Below are positions 24,286-33,527 of a stretch of 64,000 bases of DNA, piece by piece. Made by a program: the position numbers and the translations under genes. The notes under the pieces were generated by a model. It was given only the letters and a program-made list of their open reading frames with translations. It did no database searches and was not told where the DNA came from. Origin of the DNA: Planctomycetota bacterium (GTDB taxonomy: Bacteria > Planctomycetota > Planctomycetia > Pirellulales > Lacipirellulaceae); NCBI GenBank assembly GCA_039190745.1, contig JBCCXZ010000009.1:1-64000 (forward strand), in the 5' to 3' direction. The stretch's first letter is position 1; each line of letters begins with the position of its first letter.

Positions 24286-24765
24286 CTAGGGCCCCGGTTC
24301 TGCGGTGAGCACAAAGTCGGCTTCGTCGGTGCCGCCGGACGGGACTTCAAAACTGAGCGTGGTGTTTCGGTTGTAGTGCCAAGGAACGTGTTCGATGGTA
24401 ATGACCTCGACCTCGTCGGAGGTCGTGAGGTCTTTGAACCTCGACCGGTAGGTCGAGATGCGCACCGTGTGGGCTCCGACGACGGCGCCGCGTTGCTTTT
24501 TGAATGTTCGGAGCTGGAACTTTCCGTTTTCGTCTGTGGTGCCGATCGAGCCCGGGCCGACGATGCCCTGGCCGCTGCCGCCCCTGGGTTCGAAGCTGAC
24601 CGTGGCGTCTCTGAGCGGCTCGCCGTAGAGTGTGACCACGCCGGACACGGGGGCCAGCTCGTACGGATTGTTGTTGCACCCGCTGTACGCAATCAGCACA
24701 GCGGCAAGACAGGCCCCCCACTGGCGGGCCGCTGTTGGCCTTCGATTTCGATCTGGCATGAGCAT
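24286..24765 (-). CDS. Lipoprotein with carboxypeptidase-regulatory-like fold (usual DUF1559 partner)
   Basis: Lipobox AYSGC; APVSGVVTL.GEPL..ATVSF.P and G.TDENGKF.L motifs; lies downstream of DUF1559. Confidence 0.8.
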   Translation of the reverse strand: MLMPDRNRRPTAARQWGACLAAVLIAYSGCNNNPYELAPVSGVVTLYGEPLRDATVSFEPRGGSGQGIVGPGSIGTTDENGKFQLRTFKKQRGAVVGAHTVRISTYRSRFKDLTTSDEVEVITIEHVPWHYNRNTTLSFEVPSGGTDEADFVLTAEPGP

Positions 24766-24795
24766 GTTGATGAGACTACAGGTGGAGAAGTGGTC

Positions 24796-25854
24796 CTACC
24801 GGGTCGGCGGCGGCGGCGGCGGCGGGCCGGGCGCCGACGCGTTGATGGGGCCGTTGTCGAGGCCGCCCCCAATCGTGCCGTAGGCGAGGTAGACTTCTTC
24901 GTCGATGTCTTCGCTCAGCGAGGTCACCGAGCCGTCACAGAGCGCGAAGTTGATCAGCCCGTTGTGGAAGCTCGCGAAGCTGCGGTAGCAGTAGAACTTG
25001 GCTTCGGCGCCGTAGATCTGCTCGCCAATGTTGAGGCACTGGTCGAAGTCGGTGATCCGGAACACCGAGCCGCGGATGAAGTGCCCCTTGCTGTGGTAAC
25101 GCCACGGCGAGGCCCAGGCGCTCTTGCGTTGGCCCTCAGCCAGCACGGGGTCGTACAGCCCCGAGGTGGACTCGTACTGCCACTCGCCCATCAGCGCGGT
25201 CTGCGAGGTGCCGTCGGTGATCTGCGCGATCTTGGTCGGCTGCAAGACGTAGTTGGGGCCCGTCGCGGGCAGGGCGCCGCGCAGCAGGGGGAAGTCCTCG
25301 AGCTGCGTGCCGTTGTAGCGGCGGTCCCAGTAGCGCGGGTTGCCGCCCGATCGGGTGAGGTCGATCGTCCCTGCCACGGCTTTGTAGCTGGCCCAGGCCA
25401 TGTCGCCCTCGCCCTGCGGGACAATCCACTCTTCCGCGAACGGGTCGCTGGGGCACACGTATGAAGCGACGTTGTTGAGCGCGGCTTCGCGGTTGTTCGC
25501 GGTCCGGTAGTGCTGCCGGCCGCTGAAGTCGAATCGGTCGTAGATCGCGGCCTGCTCGAAGTACGGCAGGATCTCGATGGCCCAGCCCGTGCCGACGTTG
25601 TCACGCGTGTCGTCGTCGCCGTACGCCTTGCAACCTGGGGGCAGCGTGCCGTTGGTGGACTCGTAGTTCAGGGCCGCCAGGGCCATCTGCTTGAGGTTGT
25701 TCTGGCACTGGATGCGGCGGGCCGCCTCGCGGGCGGACTGCACCGCGGGCAGCAGTAGCGCCACCAGCACGCCGATGATGGCGATCACCACCAGGAGTTC
25801 AACCAACGTAAAGCCGCGAGAGCGGTCGAGCGGGCGGGTGCTTGAGATTGCCAT
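24796..25854 (-). CDS. DUF1559 prepilin-type N-terminal methylation protein
   Basis: GFTLVELLVVIAIIGVLVALLLPAVQSAREAARR, C.NNLKQ and H-X9-DG (HNGLINFALCDG). Confidence 0.93.
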   Translation of the reverse strand: MAISSTRPLDRSRGFTLVELLVVIAIIGVLVALLLPAVQSAREAARRIQCQNNLKQMALAALNYESTNGTLPPGCKAYGDDDTRDNVGTGWAIEILPYFEQAAIYDRFDFSGRQHYRTANNREAALNNVASYVCPSDPFAEEWIVPQGEGDMAWASYKAVAGTIDLTRSGGNPRYWDRRYNGTQLEDFPLLRGALPATGPNYVLQPTKIAQITDGTSQTALMGEWQYESTSGLYDPVLAEGQRKSAWASPWRYHSKGHFIRGSVFRITDFDQCLNIGEQIYGAEAKFYCYRSFASFHNGLINFALCDGSVTSLSEDIDEEVYLAYGTIGGGLDNGPINASAPGPPPPPPPTR

Positions 25855-25859
25855 ACTCT

Positions 25860-25914
25860 GGTTTCCTAACATCGGGTTCCCTAAGAAATGGTTCCCTGAC
25901 AATGAGGTTTTCCT
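25860..25914 (-). repeat. Four AGGRAACC-like direct repeats at 15-16 bp spacing, just upstream of the DUF1559 start
   Basis: On the + strand: ggtttcct 25860, ggttccct 25875, ggttccct 25890, ggttttcct 25906. Confidence 0.6.
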
Positions 25915-26006
25915 GGCTATGGATCGAGAAGAATATGAATCGAGAAGAGTGTTGGTCTCGGCGTCGAGTGATTGCGTCGCCGCCGGAGCGGCAGAAAAGA
26001 GCGTCG

Positions 26007-26036
26007 TCGTAAGGATTAGGTCTTCGTAAGGATTAG
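26007..26036. repeat. Perfect 13-bp direct repeat TCGTAAGGATTAG (17 bp period)
   Basis: Copies at 26007-26019 and 26024-26036; the second overlaps the FecR stop codon. Confidence 0.7.
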
Positions 26037-27595
26037 AGTTGAACCGGCTGCGGGACCTCCCTCACGATCGCGAAGTCCCATTCGAATCGGTCGTTGTAAG
26101 AGACGCCGCTGGGGCCGACCGCGATGTAGATCCAGTCGTCCTTTTGCAGGTCGCCTAGATCACCGCGGAAGCGGAGCAGGCCGTTGGCGTTGCAGGTTTC
26201 CTCGATCACGTCGGGGCGGTCGTTCACACGGACCCGGAGGTCGACGAACTGATTGGCGAGTTCGTTGCGCGATTCGGCCCGGACGAGCCAACCGGACTCA
26301 ATGCTGTAGACCCCAGATTGCGGGACCTGGAAGGCGGCGACGACGTAATGGTCGGTGTCGTCCTTGGTCTGGTCTCTGCCCTGGCCGGGGTGCCCGCCGC
26401 GGTAGGAGAAATTCGCCGCTCCGAGCCGGCTGCCGGCGATCCGGCCCGCGGTCCCGTTGGGGTCGTAGACCTCGCGGTCGGGGTCCCAGAGGAGTTCGCG
26501 GTAGCCGCTGGAGTCGGAGACGTCGGCGAAAACATTGGCGTAGTAGCGCCAGCGGCCTTCGAGGCGTTGCTTGTCGGGGGCGCCGGTGACAAAGTCGCGG
26601 CGGTACTTCGCGACGACTTCAACTTGGCTGTGGTCGGGCCGCTCGGGCAGGCGTTGCGAGAGCCGCTTCCACCGCTCGTCGTAAGTGCGGTCGACGATGC
26701 CGCGGCCGTTGGCGCTGACCGCGTCGCCCGCGGTGAGCCTGCGGTTCTCGGCGAGCAGCGACGGGGTGTCGTCGTCGCTACCGCCGAACAGCTCGACCTC
26801 GCCCTTGGCGACGCCGACGTTCACCTCTTGGTCGGTGGTGACCTCAACGACAAACTCCGTGCCGCGGTCGACGACTTCAAGCTTCGGCGTGTCGATACGA
26901 AAACCATCGGCCCAAGGAGGCACGACCGCGGCGAGCTTGCCGTGATCGAGCTCGCCCAACGAGGTCGAAACCGGGCAGAACTTGGCGGGGCCTTCCAGCA
27001 CGACAACGGCGCCTTGCCCGAACTCGATCTCAAGAACCCCCGACTGGAACTCGATGCAGTGGTGACTGCGGAGGAGCTCGCCGACGGCGGCCTGCCGGCT
27101 GCCTTCTTTCCAGACAACGTCGTCGGCGCGATTCAGGATCGCGGTGCCGTCGAAAAGGTGCGCCAGAGCAGCCGGACGCTGCGGAGCCTGGACTAGCTCT
27201 TCAGCGGGGCGAGAGAGGTAGAGGCTGCCGACCAGAGTCAACAGGGTGACGGCCGCGGCCATAGCGGCTCCGCGGAAGCCCCAAGTGGGCTGGCTCGGTC
27301 GATCCGCCGCGGCGTTAGACCGCGACGCTGCGCTTTGGGAAGAAGGAGAGGCGTGGGAATCGGCTGAAACCACCGAAAGCTCCGTCGGCGGAGCGGCTTC
27401 GGGGTCGAAGGGGCCCACGGGCGACGCCTGGGCTACCAACAGCCCGATCAGGTCGGTGTGCAGGGCCGCCCAGTTCAAGTAATGCTGCGCCGCGGCGGGG
27501 TCATCGGCCATGAGCGATTCCAGCTCGGCGACCTCATCATCGGTCGCACGGCCAGAACACACGCGTTCGCAAAGGGTGGAGAGTTCGGTCGTCAT
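26033..27595 (-). CDS. FecR-domain anti-sigma factor
   Basis: N-terminal anti-sigma-like helices, one TM segment, and FecR motifs (VVLEGPA.F, GF.I.TP...V.D.GTEF). ATGA overlap with the sigma gene. Confidence 0.88.
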   Translation of the reverse strand: MTTELSTLCERVCSGRATDDEVAELESLMADDPAAAQHYLNWAALHTDLIGLLVAQASPVGPFDPEAAPPTELSVVSADSHASPSSQSAASRSNAAADRPSQPTWGFRGAAMAAAVTLLTLVGSLYLSRPAEELVQAPQRPAALAHLFDGTAILNRADDVVWKEGSRQAAVGELLRSHHCIEFQSGVLEIEFGQGAVVVLEGPAKFCPVSTSLGELDHGKLAAVVPPWADGFRIDTPKLEVVDRGTEFVVEVTTDQEVNVGVAKGEVELFGGSDDDTPSLLAENRRLTAGDAVSANGRGIVDRTYDERWKRLSQRLPERPDHSQVEVVAKYRRDFVTGAPDKQRLEGRWRYYANVFADVSDSSGYRELLWDPDREVYDPNGTAGRIAGSRLGAANFSYRGGHPGQGRDQTKDDTDHYVVAAFQVPQSGVYSIESGWLVRAESRNELANQFVDLRVRVNDRPDVIEETCNANGLLRFRGDLGDLQKDDWIYIAVGPSGVSYNDRFEWDFAIVREVPQPVQL

Positions 27596-28122
27596 CCCGG
27601 GCGACCCTCTCTCGCGATGGTCGACTCGATGCAGTTGAAGAGCGCTTTGCGGATGCGGCTGATCGAGTTGTAGACGCCCGCGGCGGGGCGTTGCAGCTCG
27701 TCGGCGATCACGCGGATCGTCTTGTCCAGCGAGTAGCACTTGGTGATGAGGTCGCGGTCTTGGTCGCTGAGCTTCCCCAGGCAGCCGCGGAGCGCGACGC
27801 GGCGTGCTTCGCGGATGTCGTCGTCAATCGTGGCCTGCGTCTGGGCGAGCAGTTCCATCATCGAAGAGCTAAAAATCGTCTTGCGGTGACGCGACTGGAA
27901 GTAGTTCAGGGCGCAATTCTTGGCGATCTTGCAGGCCCAGGCGGAGAAGTTCGTGCCGGGGGTGTACTGATCGAAGTGCTCCCAGAGCTTGATTACCGTC
28001 TGCTGCATCAGGTCTTCCGCGTCCTCTCGGTGGCAGACCAGTGCGTAGAGGTAGCCGAATACCTTGTAGTGGTTCTCGGTGAGCAGTTCCAAGAATCGCT
28101 CGTTCGCGGTCTCGTCAGGCAT
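27592..28122 (-). CDS. ECF sigma-70 factor (Planctomycete/Verrucomicrobia type)
   Basis: DAEDLMQQT..KLW, F.AWACKIA.N, ALRGCLGKL and VYNSISRIRKAL..CI. Confidence 0.92.
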   Translation of the reverse strand: MPDETANERFLELLTENHYKVFGYLYALVCHREDAEDLMQQTVIKLWEHFDQYTPGTNFSAWACKIAKNCALNYFQSRHRKTIFSSSMMELLAQTQATIDDDIREARRVALRGCLGKLSDQDRDLITKCYSLDKTIRVIADELQRPAAGVYNSISRIRKALFNCIESTIAREGRPG

Positions 28123-28927
28123 ACTGCAGGGGCTCTTGTCGGTCTGGACGATCGCGGCTTTGAGGTTCGAGCTGCTCGTCTTTCGGCGCTCTCGTCGCCG
28201 CGGTGCACCGTGTGTAACGCCCAGGCCTTGGTTGATGGCTTTCTGCATCGGTTGGGCGTTGAATCTGGGTCTGACTAAGTCACAGCCGAAAGCTGCTGGG
28301 CTGAATAGGGCCGACGCGAAAAGGCATCGTTTTGCGATGCTTACCGGCGGCTGTTGCCTCTCATGACCTATATAGTTGGCAAGGGGCCAAAAGCTAACGC
28401 GAGAAATCGTCAGAAAAGCGTTCGGCGAGAAAACCCCGATTAAGCCGGAGCGTTTCTCGACCCTTTCTCAAGTCCTTAGCGTAAGTTGCGCGCAATCACC
28501 GACGCGCATGCGGGTCCACGCACATCGTATTGGCCTGCTGACAAGAGAACTGACAGGGGGCTTCTGTCAGAGGGTTCTCTTGTGTTGGTTGGAAGGCATC
28601 GAAGCGCTCGTTTCGAGCCGCCAGTTATCGAGAGGCTCTCTTCGTCTAACTCTCTCTTGCGCGGCAACTCGCCCGCACCTCACGGCGTTGTCCGATTTCG
28701 GTCGTGCGCGAGCGTGTTGGTTTGCAAAAAAGCGACTTCTCTCTTTGGATCTCTTTGAGACAGCCTCTCTCCTTCGCCCACGCGAATCCAATCAACCTCA
28801 CTGGTAAGGCCGTGCGGAATGAACGCCGGGCAATTACCATGTCGGAGCAAGCTTCATAGGCTTACCTTCTCTTCGCTTCGCACGCCCGGACACGGGCACA
28901 CTGCTATTCAACCGGTGCAACGACGAC

Positions 28928-30478
28928 ATGATTCGCTTCCGCTGCCTCATCGCACTGTTCTGTTTCGCTTTGTGCACGGCGGTGCGGGCGGAGATCGGCC
29001 CGCCAAACATTGTCATCGTCTACGCCGACGACGTTGGCTACGGTGACTTGGGCTGCTACGGCGCCACGGGCATCGAGACGCCCGAGCTCGACAAGCTCGC
29101 AAGCACGGGCGTCCGCTTCACCTCGGCTTACGCGAGCGCATCGACCTGCACGCCCTCCCGCTACTCGCTGCTCACCGGCGAGTACGCCTTCCGGAACCGC
29201 GACGCGGTGATCCTGCCGGGCAACGCTCCGCTAATAATCGACCCCGCAAAGCCGACGCTGGCTTCGGTGCTGAAGTCGGCCGGCTACGCAACGGGTCTGG
29301 TCGGCAAGTGGCACCTGGGCCTCGGCCTGCCCACCGAGCAACTCGACTGGAACGGAGACATCGCCCCCGGCCCCCGGGAGTTGGGATTCGATTACTCATT
29401 CCACATGGCCGCCACGGGCGACCGCGTTCCGACGGTGTACATCGAGAACGGCAGAGTGGCCGGGCTCGACCCCGACGACCCCATCGGGGTGAGCTACACC
29501 GACCCCATCGGCAACGAGCCGACCGGGCTGTCGCACCCGCACCTGCTGAAGACTCAGGCGGACGAGCAGCACGCGAAGACAATCGTCGACGGCACCAGCC
29601 GTATCGGGTACATGACCGGCGGGCAATCGGCCCGCTGGACCGACGAAGAGCTTCCCGACAGGTTCCTGCAGAAGGCGGTGCAGTTTATCGAGCGGCGCCG
29701 GGACGAACGCTTCTTCCTGTACTACGCGACGCACGAGAATCACGTCCCGCGTGTGCCTCACCCGCGGTTCCGCGGCTCCAGCGGGGTTGGGGTCCGGGGC
29801 GACGCGGTTGTGCAGATGGATTGGGGGGTCGGCGTCATCCTGCAGAAGCTCCGCGAGTTGGGCCTCCGGAAGCGGACGCTGGTGATTTTCTCCAGCGACA
29901 ACGGGCCGGTGCTGTTCGACGGTTACTACGACGGGGCGGCTCAACAGAACGGCGACCACAGGCCGGCCGGCCCGTTCCGGGGCGGGAAGTACTCCGCTTG
30001 GGAAGGTGGCACGCGGCTGCCGCTGCTGGTCTCGTGGCCGGGCACGGTCAAGCCGGGCCTCTCGGACGCGCTCGTCAGCCAGGTCGACCTCCTGGCGAGC
30101 CTCGCTGCACTGGCCTCTGCCGACGTGCCGGCCGGCGGCGCGCCGGACAGCGTCGATCTAGCCGACGCCCTGCTGGGCAAGTCAGACCTCGGACGCGATG
30201 CGTTGGTGCAGCAAGGCGTGAAGCTGAAAGCCCTCCGTCAAGGCCCGTGGAAGTACCTGCCCACGGGGGCTGTGCGGAACCGCGGCAGGATCGGGGAGTT
30301 CTATAAGGAGGAGATCGAAGGGCCGGGGGCGTTGTTCTACCTGCCGGAAGACCCCGGTGAGCAAAACAACCTCGCGAAGGCCTACCCATGGCGGGCGCGG
30401 CAGATGCGGGAGAAGCTCGAAGAGCTCGTTGCCGAGGAGCCGTCGGGCCTCCCCAACAAAGGGGAACTTGGTTTCTAG
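28928..30478 (+). CDS. Sulfatase (Cys-type)
   Basis: PNIVIVYADDVGYGD, CTPSR, GKWHLG and SSDNG. Confidence 0.93.
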   Translation: MIRFRCLIALFCFALCTAVRAEIGPPNIVIVYADDVGYGDLGCYGATGIETPELDKLASTGVRFTSAYASASTCTPSRYSLLTGEYAFRNRDAVILPGNAPLIIDPAKPTLASVLKSAGYATGLVGKWHLGLGLPTEQLDWNGDIAPGPRELGFDYSFHMAATGDRVPTVYIENGRVAGLDPDDPIGVSYTDPIGNEPTGLSHPHLLKTQADEQHAKTIVDGTSRIGYMTGGQSARWTDEELPDRFLQKAVQFIERRRDERFFLYYATHENHVPRVPHPRFRGSSGVGVRGDAVVQMDWGVGVILQKLRELGLRKRTLVIFSSDNGPVLFDGYYDGAAQQNGDHRPAGPFRGGKYSAWEGGTRLPLLVSWPGTVKPGLSDALVSQVDLLASLAALASADVPAGGAPDSVDLADALLGKSDLGRDALVQQGVKLKALRQGPWKYLPTGAVRNRGRIGEFYKEEIEGPGALFYLPEDPGEQNNLAKAYPWRARQMREKLEELVAEEPSGLPNKGELGF

Positions 30479-30501
30479 ACTTTTTCTTGAGTACTTATCC
30501 T

Positions 30502-31950
30502 ATGCCGTCGCTCTTCTCACGATGCCTGTTGGCTTGCTTCCTCGTTAGTCTCCTGTCCCCGATCGCGGCAGCGCGACCGAACATCCTGCTGATCCTGGCG
30601 GACGACATGGGGTACGGCGACTTGGGCGTGATGGGCAGTGAGACGGTGCGCTCGCCGCACCTGGACGAGCTCGCGCAGAGCGGCGTCCTCTGCACGCAAG
30701 CCTACGTGGCGAGCGCAGTCTGCTCTCCTTCGCGGGCCGGGCTCGTGACTGGCCGCGACCCGCGCCGCTTTGGGTACGAGGGCAACCTCAACGAAACCGC
30801 CAACGGGTACGCCGCCCGGCCGGAGCTGCTCGGCCTGCCGCGGCAAGAGCACACGCTGGCCGACCACCTGAAGGCCGTCGGCTATCGCACCGCGCTCGTC
30901 GGCAAGTGGCACTTAGGAACCGGAGACGGGTTCCACCCCAACCGTCGCGGCTTCGACTACTTCTGCGGCATGCTGGGCGGCGGGCACAACTACTTCCCCA
31001 AGCCGAGCAGGAACCGACTGGAACGCAACGGCGAACCGCTTCAATCGTTTTCGAGCCCGTACCTAACCGACTTCTTCACCGACGAGGCGGTCGATTGGAT
31101 TTCACTTGCATCGGTTGACGAAGACGACTCGCCTTGGCTGATGTATCTGTCGTACAACGCCCCGCACACTCCGATGCAAGCGACCGAAGAAGACCTGGCG
31201 GCCTGCGAACACGTTGCCGACCCGGGTCGCCGGACCTACGCCGCCATGATGCTCGCACTCGACCGGGGCGTCGGCCGCGTCGTGCGGCGGCTCGACGAAC
31301 TCGGCGAGCGGGAGAACACGCTGATCGTTTTCCTCTCGGACAACGGGGGGGCGACCAACAACAGCAGTTGGAACGGGCCCTTGAGCGGCGCCAAGGGGAG
31401 CCTGCGGGAAGGAGGCATCCGCGTGCCGATGATCTGGAACTGGCCGGGGCGGATCGACGCCGGTCGGGTCGAAGACGCCGTGGTTTCGAGCTTGGACCTC
31501 CTCCCTACGTTCCTGGCCGCCGCAGGCGGGAAGCCGCTCCCGCTGAAGGCGCCACCGAGCTACTACGACGCCAAGAACGAACAGATAGCCCGCCGCAGGC
31601 TGGGGCACTACGACGGCGTCGACCTGATGCCGGTCTTGGAGAAAAGCGCGGCCGTTAGCGACCGGACTCTGTTCTGGCGCCTCCAGGGCCAGGCGGCCAT
31701 TAGGCGGGGCGACCTTAAGCTCGTCCGGCTCTCGCACCGGCCAGCGGACCTCTTCCAGGTTGAGAGTGATCCCGCTGAGCAAACAAACCTCGCGGGCTCC
31801 GCTCCCTCCGAGAGAGAACGGCTCCTCGCGGAACTCGGCGAGTGGGAGTCGCTGCGCCCGACCGTTCCGATCTGGGACTCGTCCCCCAGGTGGCACGCGG
31901 ACAGCGCGCGGATCTACGACAACTGGCAACCGAGGGACGAGCCTCAGTGA
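30502..31950 (+). CDS. Sulfatase (Cys-type)
   Basis: RPNILLILADDMGYGD, CSPSR, GKWHLG and SDNGG. Confidence 0.93.
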   Translation: MPSLFSRCLLACFLVSLLSPIAAARPNILLILADDMGYGDLGVMGSETVRSPHLDELAQSGVLCTQAYVASAVCSPSRAGLVTGRDPRRFGYEGNLNETANGYAARPELLGLPRQEHTLADHLKAVGYRTALVGKWHLGTGDGFHPNRRGFDYFCGMLGGGHNYFPKPSRNRLERNGEPLQSFSSPYLTDFFTDEAVDWISLASVDEDDSPWLMYLSYNAPHTPMQATEEDLAACEHVADPGRRTYAAMMLALDRGVGRVVRRLDELGERENTLIVFLSDNGGATNNSSWNGPLSGAKGSLREGGIRVPMIWNWPGRIDAGRVEDAVVSSLDLLPTFLAAAGGKPLPLKAPPSYYDAKNEQIARRRLGHYDGVDLMPVLEKSAAVSDRTLFWRLQGQAAIRRGDLKLVRLSHRPADLFQVESDPAEQTNLAGSAPSERERLLAELGEWESLRPTVPIWDSSPRWHADSARIYDNWQPRDEPQ

Positions 31951-32024
31951 AGCACTGCTGAGCAAGGCCGCACACCGGGGAGCGGGGGGTGTGAACGCCG
32001 TTTCTTGTGCTCGATTGGCGACGA

Positions 32025-32618
32025 CTACTCCGCGGCGAGCGCGGCCTCGATCGCGGCGACCAGTTTCGCGTCGTCCGGTTTCGTACGGGGGCTGAACCGC
32101 GCGGCGACGCTGCCTTCTCGGTCGACCAGAAACTTCTCGAAGTTCCAGCTGATCTTTCCCGGTCCCTGCGGCTTGGTTTCAAGTCCGGTCAGGTACTGGT
32201 ACAGCTCATGGGCGCCCTCGCCGTTGACTTCGATCTTCTCGAACAGGTCGAACGTCACGCCGTAGTTCTTCTTGCAGAACTCTTGGATCTGATCCGCCGT
32301 GCCGGGTTCTTGCCCCATGAACTGGTTGCAGGGGAACCCCAGGACCACGAAGCCGTCGTCGCCGTACTTCTCCTGCAACGCCTGCAGGCCTTCGTACTGC
32401 GGCGTGAGGCCGCAGCGGCTGGCGACGTTCACAATCAACAGCGTCTTGCCGCGGTACTCCTCGGCGAGGTTGACCGGCTCGCCCGCGAGAGAATTGATCT
32501 CGAAGCCAAACACCGCGGGCTTTGTTTCTGTGGACTCTTTCTTTGCCTCGGCGTTTGCTGAGTGCCCGAGATTGAGGGCAAGGCAAATCGCGGCGAGGAG
32601 GGCGGCTTTGGGCATCAT
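32025..32618 (-). CDS. Cys-type glutathione peroxidase family protein, exported
   Basis: VNVASRCG, LGFPCNQF..QEPG and WNFEKFLV; signal peptide. Confidence 0.93.
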   Translation of the reverse strand: MMPKAALLAAICLALNLGHSANAEAKKESTETKPAVFGFEINSLAGEPVNLAEEYRGKTLLIVNVASRCGLTPQYEGLQALQEKYGDDGFVVLGFPCNQFMGQEPGTADQIQEFCKKNYGVTFDLFEKIEVNGEGAHELYQYLTGLETKPQGPGKISWNFEKFLVDREGSVAARFSPRTKPDDAKLVAAIEAALAAE

Positions 32619-32849
32619 ATTCTATCCGTACTTAGGGTTTGATGGTTCTCTGGCTTGGAGACCGCTAACCGTGCCTGCGGTTCACTCCGTTGCTACTGGG
32701 CCGGCAGCCGCGGCTGTCGGCAGTTTAAGGCGCCGGAACGGGCGACACGACGGGGAGACTGTCTGCTTGGGGCTTCCGAAGTCGAGGAACCACTCCCGCG
32801 TTGACTCGGCACACGCACCAGCGACTAAGGCCGAACAACAGTCAGTCTG

Positions 32850-33243
32850 GTGAGCGAGATAAACGCCGCGACCGAGTGGGTTGACGCTTTGGTCGAGCTG
32901 CTCGAGCCGCTGTTGGGGGATGGTTGACCCGGCGGTTTTGGCCCGCCGAGGCCGGTTCCGCGTTGCGGGGACATAACGGGTTGTTTTGTCGGAGCTGGTC
33001 TGGGATTCCCCAGCGACGCGTAGCGTCGCGGCTATCTGCGGGCGGACAGAACGGACGGTGTTTTGGCGTGGGGCCGTTTGCAGAAGTCGTTGTCTTCTGA
33101 CCGCAGCGGCGGGCGTCAGGTGCTGCGTTTACCGGTTGGCTGCGCCGGCGCAACGGTCAAAACGCGGGCGGGTTCTGCGTGAGGCTCTTGGGCTTTTCTG
33201 GACGGAACAGGGGTATCACCCGGAGGCGCAAGGAGGGCGTGTC
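32850..33243 (+). mobile_element. Highly decayed IS5-family transposase relic plus repeat copy 1
   Basis: Frame-broken DALVELLEPLL ... GCFVG/LVW ... AWGRL pieces resemble the second relic (GCFEGLVWILRSG). 33101-33243 is duplicated at 35834-35975. Confidence 0.5.
33101..33243 (+). repeat. ~143 bp direct repeat, copy 1
   Basis: Aligns to 35834-35975 with one indel and roughly 18-20 differences by hand count. Confidence 0.9.
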
Positions 33244-33527
33244 CGTCGCTAGGCGAAGCACTGACGGCTGGCTGCTTGTCTGTGAGTTATCAAGGAGCGG
33301 TCGCTGTGGATCGGGTACCTGTATACCCGATCAGGTGGCCGTTTTCTACAAGAAACCGCGGCGCCTTCGTTGGCCCAGAGGCCCAGGGGAGGGTAATGGT
33401 GAACACTCCTACTCCGGCGCCCGCTTCGCATGCCGGGGGCAGGTCCGTGTTCGGCTCGTTGGGCGAAGCACTGCCGTAGGCCGGATCGCCGGTAGCGTGC
33501 CGCACCGGAACGGAAAACTGTGGTCCG

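Noticed and set aside
32025..32618. Selenocysteine glutathione peroxidase
   Set aside because: The active-site codon is TGC (Cys) and there is no in-frame TGA.
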